Shown piece after piece: positions 10,243 to 18,425 of a stretch of DNA of 64,000 nt. The first letter of the stretch is position 1; every line of letters begins with the position of its first letter. The translations under genes were made by a program, and so were the position numbers. The notes beneath the pieces were generated by a model, which searched no databases, was not told the DNA's origin, and saw nothing but the letters and a program-made list of their open reading frames with translations. Origin of the DNA: Spirochaetota bacterium (GTDB taxonomy: Bacteria > Spirochaetota > UBA4802 > UBA5550); assembly GCA_963664815.2 (NCBI GenBank), contig CAXXHB010000003.1:1632001-1696000 (forward strand), in the 5' to 3' direction.

Positions 10243-10482
10243 CTCCGGAAGAGGCGTGCAATTCAGCTGGGGCTAAAGGGTGACATGCGGAAAGAGTATT
10301 CGAAAGAGGCGATTATTAATATTTATGATATGACACAGTTTGTAAATGACCAGTTTAATAATCTTCAATCTGGAGTTGTTGATGGCCTGATTATTCCTCT
10401 GGAAGAGGAATACATTGAGGGTGATGAAAATATAAAAAGAAGAATCGGATTACAGAATGACATATTTCAAATTCAGAATTAA
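10243..10482 (+). pseudogene. 3' remnant of a DUF4291-family gene
   Basis: RRAIQLGLKGDMRKEYSKEAIINIYDMT...LIIPLEEEY matches the C-terminus of 11596-12243 (KAIQIGL...EYSDAIVRIVDMS...LLPDERPY). There are in-frame stops upstream. Confidence 0.7.
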
Positions 10483-10593
10483 ATCTGAAAATTGATTGAT
10501 TATTCAATTATAAGGAGAATATATTAAAACTTATTTTGTAAATCGTCTATATATAATTAAAATAATTAATTTTAAAAAGATTGGAGAAATCAT

Positions 10594-11559
10594 ATGAAAA
10601 AGGCTATGGCAATAATATGCATTTTATCCTGCGCATGCTGCATCAGCTGCAAAAAAAGCCGGATTGACTGGCATAAGGAATTAAAATTAATTAACCCGGA
10701 AACTGCGCTTCTTCATGGGAGAATAAAATCCCTACACTCTTTTTATTATAAGGCAGATGAAAAATTCGGCAAAGTGATCAAAGTTGAAAGAATACCAGCA
10801 TATAAACTTGATAATGGTATACCTGAACAGCAAGTTTTTGATAAAAACAGAAACATTATAGAATCAATTTGTTTTGAGTCTGACAGCTCGATTCGTACAA
10901 AAATAACATATAAATATAATGAGAATAATCATATAACTGAAAGAAATGTATTTGATAGTTCCGGAACTCTACTAAGAAAGAATTCTTATATATATAATGA
11001 AAACGAATGTCTGGTTGAAGAGTTAACAATTAATAATAAAAATGAAATAGAAGTAAAAAACACATTTATATATGACGCAAGAGGGGATTTTGTTGAAGGA
11101 AATTCTTATAATTCCGATGGGAAAATATCCGGAAAAACAAAATCAAAATATGACGATGATAATAATTCACTAGAGATTATCAAATATAATCCTGATGGGA
11201 AACCGAAAGATAAAAACATTTTTAAATATAATTCCAAAGGGAGTTTCATTGAAGAAGATAGTTTTAATAAAGCTGGAATTCTTCTGGTTAAAACATTTTG
11301 GCAATATGATAAAAATGAAAGAGTAATTGAATCATTTGATTACAAAGGAGAATCTTCAGTAAAACTATCAAGAATGACATCATTATATGATGATAGCGGT
11401 AATATAATTGAAAAATGTGACTATATGGATGATGGCAGTCTTTTCTATAAAGTAGAATTCAAGTATATTTATGATAAAAACAATAACTGGATATCAAAAA
11501 TTCAATACTATAATGGGGTTCCTACTTTATTTGCAGAAAGAGAGATTGAGTATTATTAA
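10594..11559 (+). CDS. Lipoprotein with YD/RHS-like repeats
   Basis: Cys-containing lipoprotein signal; repeated Y(D/N)xxxNxxE...Y/F.SDG units; ends in EREIEYY. Confidence 0.8.
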   Translation: MKKAMAIICILSCACCISCKKSRIDWHKELKLINPETALLHGRIKSLHSFYYKADEKFGKVIKVERIPAYKLDNGIPEQQVFDKNRNIIESICFESDSSIRTKITYKYNENNHITERNVFDSSGTLLRKNSYIYNENECLVEELTINNKNEIEVKNTFIYDARGDFVEGNSYNSDGKISGKTKSKYDDDNNSLEIIKYNPDGKPKDKNIFKYNSKGSFIEEDSFNKAGILLVKTFWQYDKNERVIESFDYKGESSVKLSRMTSLYDDSGNIIEKCDYMDDGSLFYKVEFKYIYDKNNNWISKIQYYNGVPTLFAEREIEYY

Positions 11560-11595
11560 TGATTATTTCAAAGAAACTTAAAAGAAAGTAAAATA

Positions 11596-12243
11596 ATGAA
11601 CGAATCATTCTATAAAAACGAAAGGCCATACCGGGAGATACGGGCTGTGTTTGATGAAACTACAATCCGTGTTTACCAGGCCTTCAGCAGGGAGATAGCA
11701 CTCCCTGCTCTTGAAAAACAGAAATTTGTTGAGCCTTTCAAATTTGATATCAGGACTTCATGGATCAAACCTTCGTTTATATGGACGATGAAAAGAACGG
11801 GGTGGGGAAGGTTCAGTGCCGTTAGTAAAAACAAAGGCTATTCACTAAATGCCGATGATGCCCTTGTGCTGGCAGTTGATATTCCGCGTCCGTTTTTTGA
11901 ACGGATTCTCGCTGATGCATGGGTTAACCATTTTGAAGAGGATTTTGAAGAGAGCAGGAAATCGTGGCAGAGAAAAAGGGAGAGTTCGAATGTTTATGTA
12001 CAGTGGGACCCTGAGAAGTATCTGAGTGGCGGCGTAAGAAGATTCAAGGCCATCCAGATAGGCCTTACACCTGCTGTTCTCCGTGAATACAGCGATGCTA
12101 TTGTAAGGATTGTAGATATGTCTGGAGCGATTGAAAAAATTACAACTGCCGGGAGTGACGGGGAGAAGATTATGCTTCTCCCGGACGAAAGGCCTTATCC
12201 TGTTGATGAAAAATTGAAGTTTACGCTGCATATGCGGAATTAA
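11596..12243 (+). CDS. DUF4291 family protein
   Basis: IRAVFDETTIRVYQAF, RTSWIKPSFIWTMKRTGWG, VQWDPE, AIQIGL. Confidence 0.85.
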   Translation: MNESFYKNERPYREIRAVFDETTIRVYQAFSREIALPALEKQKFVEPFKFDIRTSWIKPSFIWTMKRTGWGRFSAVSKNKGYSLNADDALVLAVDIPRPFFERILADAWVNHFEEDFEESRKSWQRKRESSNVYVQWDPEKYLSGGVRRFKAIQIGLTPAVLREYSDAIVRIVDMSGAIEKITTAGSDGEKIMLLPDERPYPVDEKLKFTLHMRN

Positions 12244-12653
12244 AAATCATAAAAAATCTTTATATTTCAAAACTTTTTGAAGAATGTATCCGTAAAGACA
12301 TCTTTGAAAACTGAAAAATCATACTTTACAAAACTCCTTGATAATTACCCACCTGCTGTTTATGGCGGGCTTTACCAGCTTGCAAGGTACGATAGTGTTA
12401 AATCTAAGGCTTTCTTCGATGATGCCTGCTGCTTTAAAAATGATATCTGGAACTGTAATAAAAACCAGGATTCTTATGACCTATTTATACAAATAGCCGG
12501 AGAAGTGCTATTTTTAAAAATCCGGTAGGGAGTCTAAAAATTTTCACTTGTTAAAAAAATTCATCAGATTAAAACTTTTAAAAGGAATTCATGATATATA
12601 CTAGTGACGTTTATCAATAGCATATGTGAATAAAAATTCTATGGAGAATTAAA

Positions 12654-12908
12654 ATGAAAAAGATACTTATAATATTCTGCATGATAGCCCTTGCAGGATG
12701 CGGCAACTGCAAAAAAAACACAAGCAACACAATCTGGGATAGTTTTAACCTTAAAGGGGAAATAAAAGAACTGCATACTTTTTACTACGAGGCTGAAGAA
12801 AAATTCGGCGAAATTCAGAAGGGAAAAAGATTAAGTGCATATGATAACTTTGAAGATGCAGAATTAATTACTTTTAATAAAAATGACCACGCAATTCAAA
12901 TAATTTAA
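12654..12908 (+). pseudogene. Truncated paralog of the YD-repeat lipoprotein
   Basis: GGAG RBS and LAG-C lipobox. LKGEIKELHTFYYEAEEKFGEIQK aligns with LHGRIKSLHSFYYKADEKFGKVIK, but the ORF stops at 84 aa before the repeats. Confidence 0.7.
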
Positions 12909-13252
12909 AATATATACAATACAGATTTTGACAGTTTATTGAATGAATTTAAAAATAATGCAAAGAAATAGTTTAGTACCCACGCGTTATTGTATTCCGC
13001 AGATTTATTAATTCATAAGCCCGGTATCTGTTCTTATGGGCATGCTGCAAGGGCAGGTTGCAATACGACTATACGCATGATAAATAGGTACTTGTAGATA
13101 TGTCAGTAATAATGATGTAATTTTTCGAAAAAATGCATGATTTTTAAGTAATGTATAATTCTCTTTTTTACTATTATTTTATTAAAAAATACTTGCAAAT
13201 TGAAATTTATTTCTTTTTATTGCATAATCAGTTATATAATCGGGTATGATAA

Positions 13253-14215
13253 ATGAAATTTTTTGCAAAAACAGGAAAAATGGCTTTAGGTAGTCGATTA
13301 CGACTGCTCACTGCAAAAGTAACCGAAGACGCATCCGGAATTTATAAGCTGTACAACATAGAATTTTCTCCAAAATGGTTTCCCGTTTTTTTTATTCTTT
13401 CAGAAGAAGGTGAAAAAACTATTACTGAAATTGCCGATGAAATCGGGCATTCCCAGCCGTCTGTTACTAAAATAGTCAAGGAAATGACGGTAGCCGGATT
13501 AGTTCAGGAAAACCGAAAAGCCCGGGATAAACGCAAGAACGTTGTGGTATTAAGCAAAAAAGGGAAGAATATTTCAGAGAAGCTCAGAATTCAATGTACA
13601 GATGTGGATGCGGCAATTGGTAGTATCATTGATGAGGCCGAACATAACCTATGGGAAGCTATTGAAGAATGGGAGTTTCTGCTGGGACAGAAATCATTAT
13701 TAAAAAGAGTTCAGGAACAAAAAAAAATAAGAGAAAGTAAAGACGTGCAGATTGTGGAATTTGAACCACTATATCAATCGGCTTTTCGATCACTAAATGA
13801 AGAATGGATTTCAACTTATTTTGAGATGGAAGAAATAGATTATTTGGCTTTAGACAATCCAAAAGAATACATTCTGGACAAAGGTGGTAAGATATTTGTA
13901 GCACTTTACAACAATAAACCAGTTGGGGTTTGTTCGCTTATTAAAATGAACAATTTCAGCTATGATTTTGAGCTGGCCAAAATGGCCGTTTCACCTGTGG
14001 CACAAGGGAAAAATATCGGCTGGTTGCTGGGCCAGACTGCCATCAATACCGCTAAAGAAATGGGTGCATCCAAAATATATCTTGAAAGTAATACTATTCT
14101 GAAGCCGGCAATCAGTCTTTACCATAAACTGGGTTTTTGTAAAATTTCAGGAAACACATCACCATATAAACGCTGTAATATTCAGATGGAATTAAATTTA
14201 AGTATTAAAAAATGA
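13253..14215 (+). CDS. Bifunctional MarR-type HTH regulator / GNAT acetyltransferase
   Basis: N-terminal wHTH (TITEIADEIGHSQPSVT, DKRK) and C-terminal GNAT (ELAKMAVSPVAQGKNIG, LYHKLGF). Confidence 0.9.
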   Translation: MKFFAKTGKMALGSRLRLLTAKVTEDASGIYKLYNIEFSPKWFPVFFILSEEGEKTITEIADEIGHSQPSVTKIVKEMTVAGLVQENRKARDKRKNVVVLSKKGKNISEKLRIQCTDVDAAIGSIIDEAEHNLWEAIEEWEFLLGQKSLLKRVQEQKKIRESKDVQIVEFEPLYQSAFRSLNEEWISTYFEMEEIDYLALDNPKEYILDKGGKIFVALYNNKPVGVCSLIKMNNFSYDFELAKMAVSPVAQGKNIGWLLGQTAINTAKEMGASKIYLESNTILKPAISLYHKLGFCKISGNTSPYKRCNIQMELNLSIKK

Positions 14216-14404
14216 TGAATATAGTAAAAATGAATCAGGTGTTCATAAACATCCAGAAGAGCAAAAATAGTTATATTGTTCCAGATATATATTGAAATTT
14301 AAAGAAAAATTTTTCTTAACTTAAGGCGATACCTGTGACGAGTTTACACCAGTAAGACAGGATAATCTTTAGCTTCTTATATACATAATATTAATAGGTA
14401 AAAT

Positions 14405-14806
14405 ATGTTTGAAAGAATAAAACAGAGTTTTGATAAACAGGGCTTTATGCAGACGTTGGATGCACAGTTGCTGGAAGTAAAAAAAGGTCAGGTTAAAATA
14501 TCCTGCGAATTTTCAGATTCACTGACACAACAGCATGGTTTTTTTCATGCAGGAGTAGCAACAAGCATCGTAGACAGCGCCTGCGGTTATGCAGCTCTTA
14601 CAATGATGCCGGTTAATGTTGAAGTCTTAACAGTTGAATTTAAAATCAATTTTTTAAAACCCGCTCAAACGTCCAGACTTATCGCTACTGGAAAAGTTCT
14701 GCAATCAGGTAAAACTTTAATGGTTTGTGAAGGTTTTGTATTTGACAGTGATGAGAAAATTTTAATTGCAAAAATGACAGCAACAATGATTGCAGTAGCT
14801 AAATAG
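14405..14806 (+). CDS. PaaI family thioesterase
   Basis: QQHGFFHAGV...DSACGYAA and TVEFKINFLKPA hot-dog fold motifs. Confidence 0.9.
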   Translation: MFERIKQSFDKQGFMQTLDAQLLEVKKGQVKISCEFSDSLTQQHGFFHAGVATSIVDSACGYAALTMMPVNVEVLTVEFKINFLKPAQTSRLIATGKVLQSGKTLMVCEGFVFDSDEKILIAKMTATMIAVAK

Positions 14807-14954
14807 AAGTTTAATCTGATATCCATGGATTGTCTTAAAGTATAAATAGATGGAAGCTTGATCTGTATAAACTGTAGGAAATAGTCAGAAACCTACTAAA
14901 TGGTTAACTCATGAAAATTCTTTAATACCGGTTAAACACTGGATTTAAAATAAA

Positions 14955-15743
14955 ATGATACAGAAACAATTTATTGAACATGCATCTGTAATTATCAGGG
15001 ATAATCCGGAGGTTTCAGGATTGGCTGTTGGCGGCTCCTGGATATCTGATGAGATTGATGAATATTCCGATTTAGACTTGATTCTTGTGACCCGGGAAAA
15101 AATATCAGGTGATAAGGAAAAGATGTTAGGCATTGCAAAGACTCTTGGTAACCTGCTGAACGCTTTTACCGGTGAGCATGTTGGTGAAGAGAGGTTGCTG
15201 ATCTGCCTGTTTGATAATCCGCTGCTGCATGTGGACATAAAATTTTTAACTTCAGATGAATTTCATAACAGGGTGGAAGATCCATATATATACTGGGAAA
15301 GAGATAGTTGTTTAACAAAGATTATTAACTCAACAGAATCTGAATGGCCGAGGTTAGATTATCAATGGGTTGAAGACCGGTTCTGGACATGGGTGCATTA
15401 TGCGACTTTAAAGCTTGGTCGTGGAGAATATTTTGAAGCATTGGATTTTTTATCATATTTAAGGTCAAATGTTATTGCTCCGTTACTTCAGATTAAAAAC
15501 AGAAATCTGCCGAGAGGACTCAGAAAAGTTGAATTTAACTTTAAACAATCAGATATCGATAGATTAATAGAAACAGTACCGGCTTATTCATCACAGGACA
15601 TTTTCACTTCATTAGAAAAGACATTTATTCTTTATAAACAGCTTCGGGAATATCTATTTCCTGACACTGTTGCTTTACATGATAAAACCGAGATGAAAGT
15701 ACTTGATTATTTTTATGAAACAAAAACGAAAAGTGAAAATTAA
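14955..15743 (+). CDS. Pol-beta superfamily nucleotidyltransferase (aminoglycoside/lincosamide adenylyltransferase-like)
   Basis: GGSW...DEYSDLDL catalytic motif, HVDIKF, helical C-terminal domain. Confidence 0.8.
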   Translation: MIQKQFIEHASVIIRDNPEVSGLAVGGSWISDEIDEYSDLDLILVTREKISGDKEKMLGIAKTLGNLLNAFTGEHVGEERLLICLFDNPLLHVDIKFLTSDEFHNRVEDPYIYWERDSCLTKIINSTESEWPRLDYQWVEDRFWTWVHYATLKLGRGEYFEALDFLSYLRSNVIAPLLQIKNRNLPRGLRKVEFNFKQSDIDRLIETVPAYSSQDIFTSLEKTFILYKQLREYLFPDTVALHDKTEMKVLDYFYETKTKSEN

Positions 15744-15997
15744 CCTGCAATGTAGTTGAACTAAAACGATCCAACTATGCGGCTGCAGATAAAGGAATGA
15801 TTATTAAAACATTAACAGGCGTTATAACGAAGATCAAACTGTTGAATCATTCTATGGTCAGGTTATAACAATTTTCAGGCGTGAAGATTACCGGAGAAGT
15901 TGTTGAAAATGTATGACAGCTGAACAATATGATCATACTTTAATGATTGTAAAAAACTTAACTACCGGTGAAGGAATATTGGAATATAATAATCTGA

Positions 15998-17155
15998 ATG
16001 AATGAACCAATAACAATTATAAATAATATCAGTATTTACCAGGGAATATTCCTTGTAATTGTTCTATTTAACAGAAAAGATAATAAATTTTCAAATAGGT
16101 TACTTGCTGCATTTTTATTTATTTCAACTCTATGCTCAATTGCAATCTCTCTTGCAATAAAAAGTAAGCCTGCACTTGTATATATACTGACATTTTTTAT
16201 CTTTCCACTGATGTTTTTATACGGCCCTATAATTTATTTTTATACAAAATCGATGACAGGTGATATAAACAGGTTAATAAAGAAAAATATATATCATCTT
16301 CTTCCCTCAATATTGATATTTTTAATTTATCTGATTGTTAATAGCTCCAATAAAAATAATTCTTTTGATTATTACTATTTAAAAATATTTATATTAGTGT
16401 TTTCGATACTCATGCCGGTATTTATTATAATTTATATTATTTTTTCATTGAAGGTGTTGGACCAGTATTCAAAAGAAATTGAAAATTTCTTTTCCAACGT
16501 AGAGGGCCTCAGGATTTTATGGATAAAAATTTTTATTGGAATAATACTAGTTTTGTCTCTTTATTACGATGCGATATCTTGGCTCAAAATTTTTAATATA
16601 ATAGATTCGTTGTTTTCACAGATTTTTACTCTTATCAACTCTTGTTTTATAATTATTACAGCGTTTTTTCTGTTGAATAATCCGGATATTTTCAAACATA
16701 CTCATAAGTCACTGATAGAATTAGCTGAATCAAAAAGGAGAATGCAAGAAGTATTTAATAAAGAAGCAAAAATTAAATATGAAAGAAGTAATATTGACAG
16801 TAGCAGAAAAGATGAATATCAAAAAATATTAGTCACTTATATGAAAGAAAAAAAACCTTATCTTGAAGAAAATATAACTTTAAAAGATCTGGCTAATGAG
16901 TTGTCAATGCCACCTTATCATCTATCGCTTGTTATTAATGAGCGGATGAATATGAATTTTTTTAATTTTATTAATTCTTATCGTATAGAAGAGGTAATAA
17001 ATAAATTGTCAGATCCTGATAAATTAAACAAAAATATTCTGAATATTGCATTTGAGTCAGGTTTTAATTCTAAATCATCCTTCAATATAGCTTTCAAAAG
17101 CTTAACCGGCATGACTCCTACTGAATTTAAAAAACAAAAACTGTTAAAAGTCTGA
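15998..17155 (+). CDS. Membrane-anchored AraC family regulator
   Basis: About 7 TM segments, then KPYL...TLKDLA...FINSYR...IAFESGFNSKSSFN...TP. Confidence 0.9.
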   Translation: MNEPITIINNISIYQGIFLVIVLFNRKDNKFSNRLLAAFLFISTLCSIAISLAIKSKPALVYILTFFIFPLMFLYGPIIYFYTKSMTGDINRLIKKNIYHLLPSILIFLIYLIVNSSNKNNSFDYYYLKIFILVFSILMPVFIIIYIIFSLKVLDQYSKEIENFFSNVEGLRILWIKIFIGIILVLSLYYDAISWLKIFNIIDSLFSQIFTLINSCFIIITAFFLLNNPDIFKHTHKSLIELAESKRRMQEVFNKEAKIKYERSNIDSSRKDEYQKILVTYMKEKKPYLEENITLKDLANELSMPPYHLSLVINERMNMNFFNFINSYRIEEVINKLSDPDKLNKNILNIAFESGFNSKSSFNIAFKSLTGMTPTEFKKQKLLKV

Positions 17156-17168
17156 CCTCCATTTTTTT

Positions 17169-17218
17169 CGTTCGACCTTATAATCAAAGACGACTTTCAC
17201 TTCAAAATGGTCAATTCT
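17169..17218 (+). promoter_or_regulatory. Candidate AraC-dependent promoter element
   Basis: CGTTCGACCTTATAATCAAAGACGAC shares 14/26 positions with the element downstream of the second membrane AraC gene. Confidence 0.45.
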
Positions 17219-17346
17219 AAACAGAATCGTATTGCAGTTTAAAATTACAAGTATATTTCACTCTTGCGCAATATAGCCTAGAGTAAATGTCAGAAAGATT
17301 TGATCAATGGCAATACTATTTAATGTTAATTAACTGGAATACTATT

Positions 17347-18369
17347 ATGCGCCTTCAAACAGGTATTTGTCTAACAATTTTCACTATATCATTAAGCTTT
17401 TATAGTAACAATGCATATGCGGTCGGGCCGTCTACATCTTCAAAAGGTTTTAGCGGGAAGATTGTTTTTGGAGGTCAGACAGTTACTTTGAAAAGTAATA
17501 TGATATATGGTCTTTCAGATTATAACAACTATTACGATAAAACAGACAACAATTCATCTGAATCTGCAGAAACTGAAACGATAATCAATCCCATATTTTC
17601 TCCGGGCATAGCCTATACATTTGAAAATAATACAAAAATATTTTTTTTAACAAAAAGCCTTGAACCATACAGTACAAATGACAGCGGTGTTTTTCTCGGC
17701 ATCTCATGTGAGAAAATTAATGGTATTGGAAATATCGGTATTTCGGGGATTTACGGAGTACCTGTAATGACATGGAAAGATCCATATGCTGTAAGCAGGG
17801 AAACGACAGAATCGGGCTGCTTCGGTGTATCAGCAGAGTGGGAAAAATTATTTGGTTCAAATTTCAATTTAAATTATATGTTCAGAAAGCTGACCATTGA
17901 AAATGAAAAGAGTGGAGAGACTGAAGGACTTTTATCGGATGAGATGGATTTACTTAAAAGAGATGGCTACCATCATAGAGCTGGAGCAGAATATATAGTT
18001 TTTATAGGGGGCTATACGAATATTTTAAAATTTGGATTTGATTATGACATCTATGATCTTGAAGGAGATGCTATGAGCTTTAAACGCTATACCGGAAAGA
18101 TGGCTTATACTTATATAAATACTGAATATCAGTTTAATATTAATTTATCAGCTCTGTATGCATATTCACAAAATGAAGAAATAAATCCATTATTTGAGAA
18201 AACTATTAAGACTAAAAAGGGTGGAGGTTCAATAACAGTTATGAAGGAACATTTTATATCTGACCTGGATTTAATAGTTAATATTCAATCTTATTTAAAT
18301 GTCACGAACCAGGATTTCTATGATTCATATTCATTAAGCATCGGCGCAGGATTGATTTATCACATATAA
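17347..18369 (+). CDS. Outer-membrane beta-barrel protein (DUF2860-like)
   Basis: Signal peptide from ATG 17347, WKDPY...RETT motif, amphipathic strands, C-terminal GLIYHI. Confidence 0.7.
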   Translation: MRLQTGICLTIFTISLSFYSNNAYAVGPSTSSKGFSGKIVFGGQTVTLKSNMIYGLSDYNNYYDKTDNNSSESAETETIINPIFSPGIAYTFENNTKIFFLTKSLEPYSTNDSGVFLGISCEKINGIGNIGISGIYGVPVMTWKDPYAVSRETTESGCFGVSAEWEKLFGSNFNLNYMFRKLTIENEKSGETEGLLSDEMDLLKRDGYHHRAGAEYIVFIGGYTNILKFGFDYDIYDLEGDAMSFKRYTGKMAYTYINTEYQFNINLSALYAYSQNEEINPLFEKTIKTKKGGGSITVMKEHFISDLDLIVNIQSYLNVTNQDFYDSYSLSIGAGLIYHI

Positions 18370-18425
18370 ATACTATAAATCGTAAAGTAAAATATTAATA
18401 TTAAATTTTAAAATGTAGATAAAAA

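Noticed and set aside
10594-11559. RHS polymorphic toxin
   Set aside because: It has YD-like repeats but no RHS core PxxxxDPxG cleavage motif or toxin tip, and it is a short lipoprotein.
12277-12528. 83-aa ORF between DUF4291 and the truncated lipoprotein
   Set aside because: TTG start without RBS and no recognisable motif; it may be a gene remnant but I cannot support a call.
15810-15875. attC-like GGCGTTATAAC / GGTTATAAC cores
   Set aside because: There is no paired L/R box structure, the pattern is not repeated between other genes, and no integrase is present.
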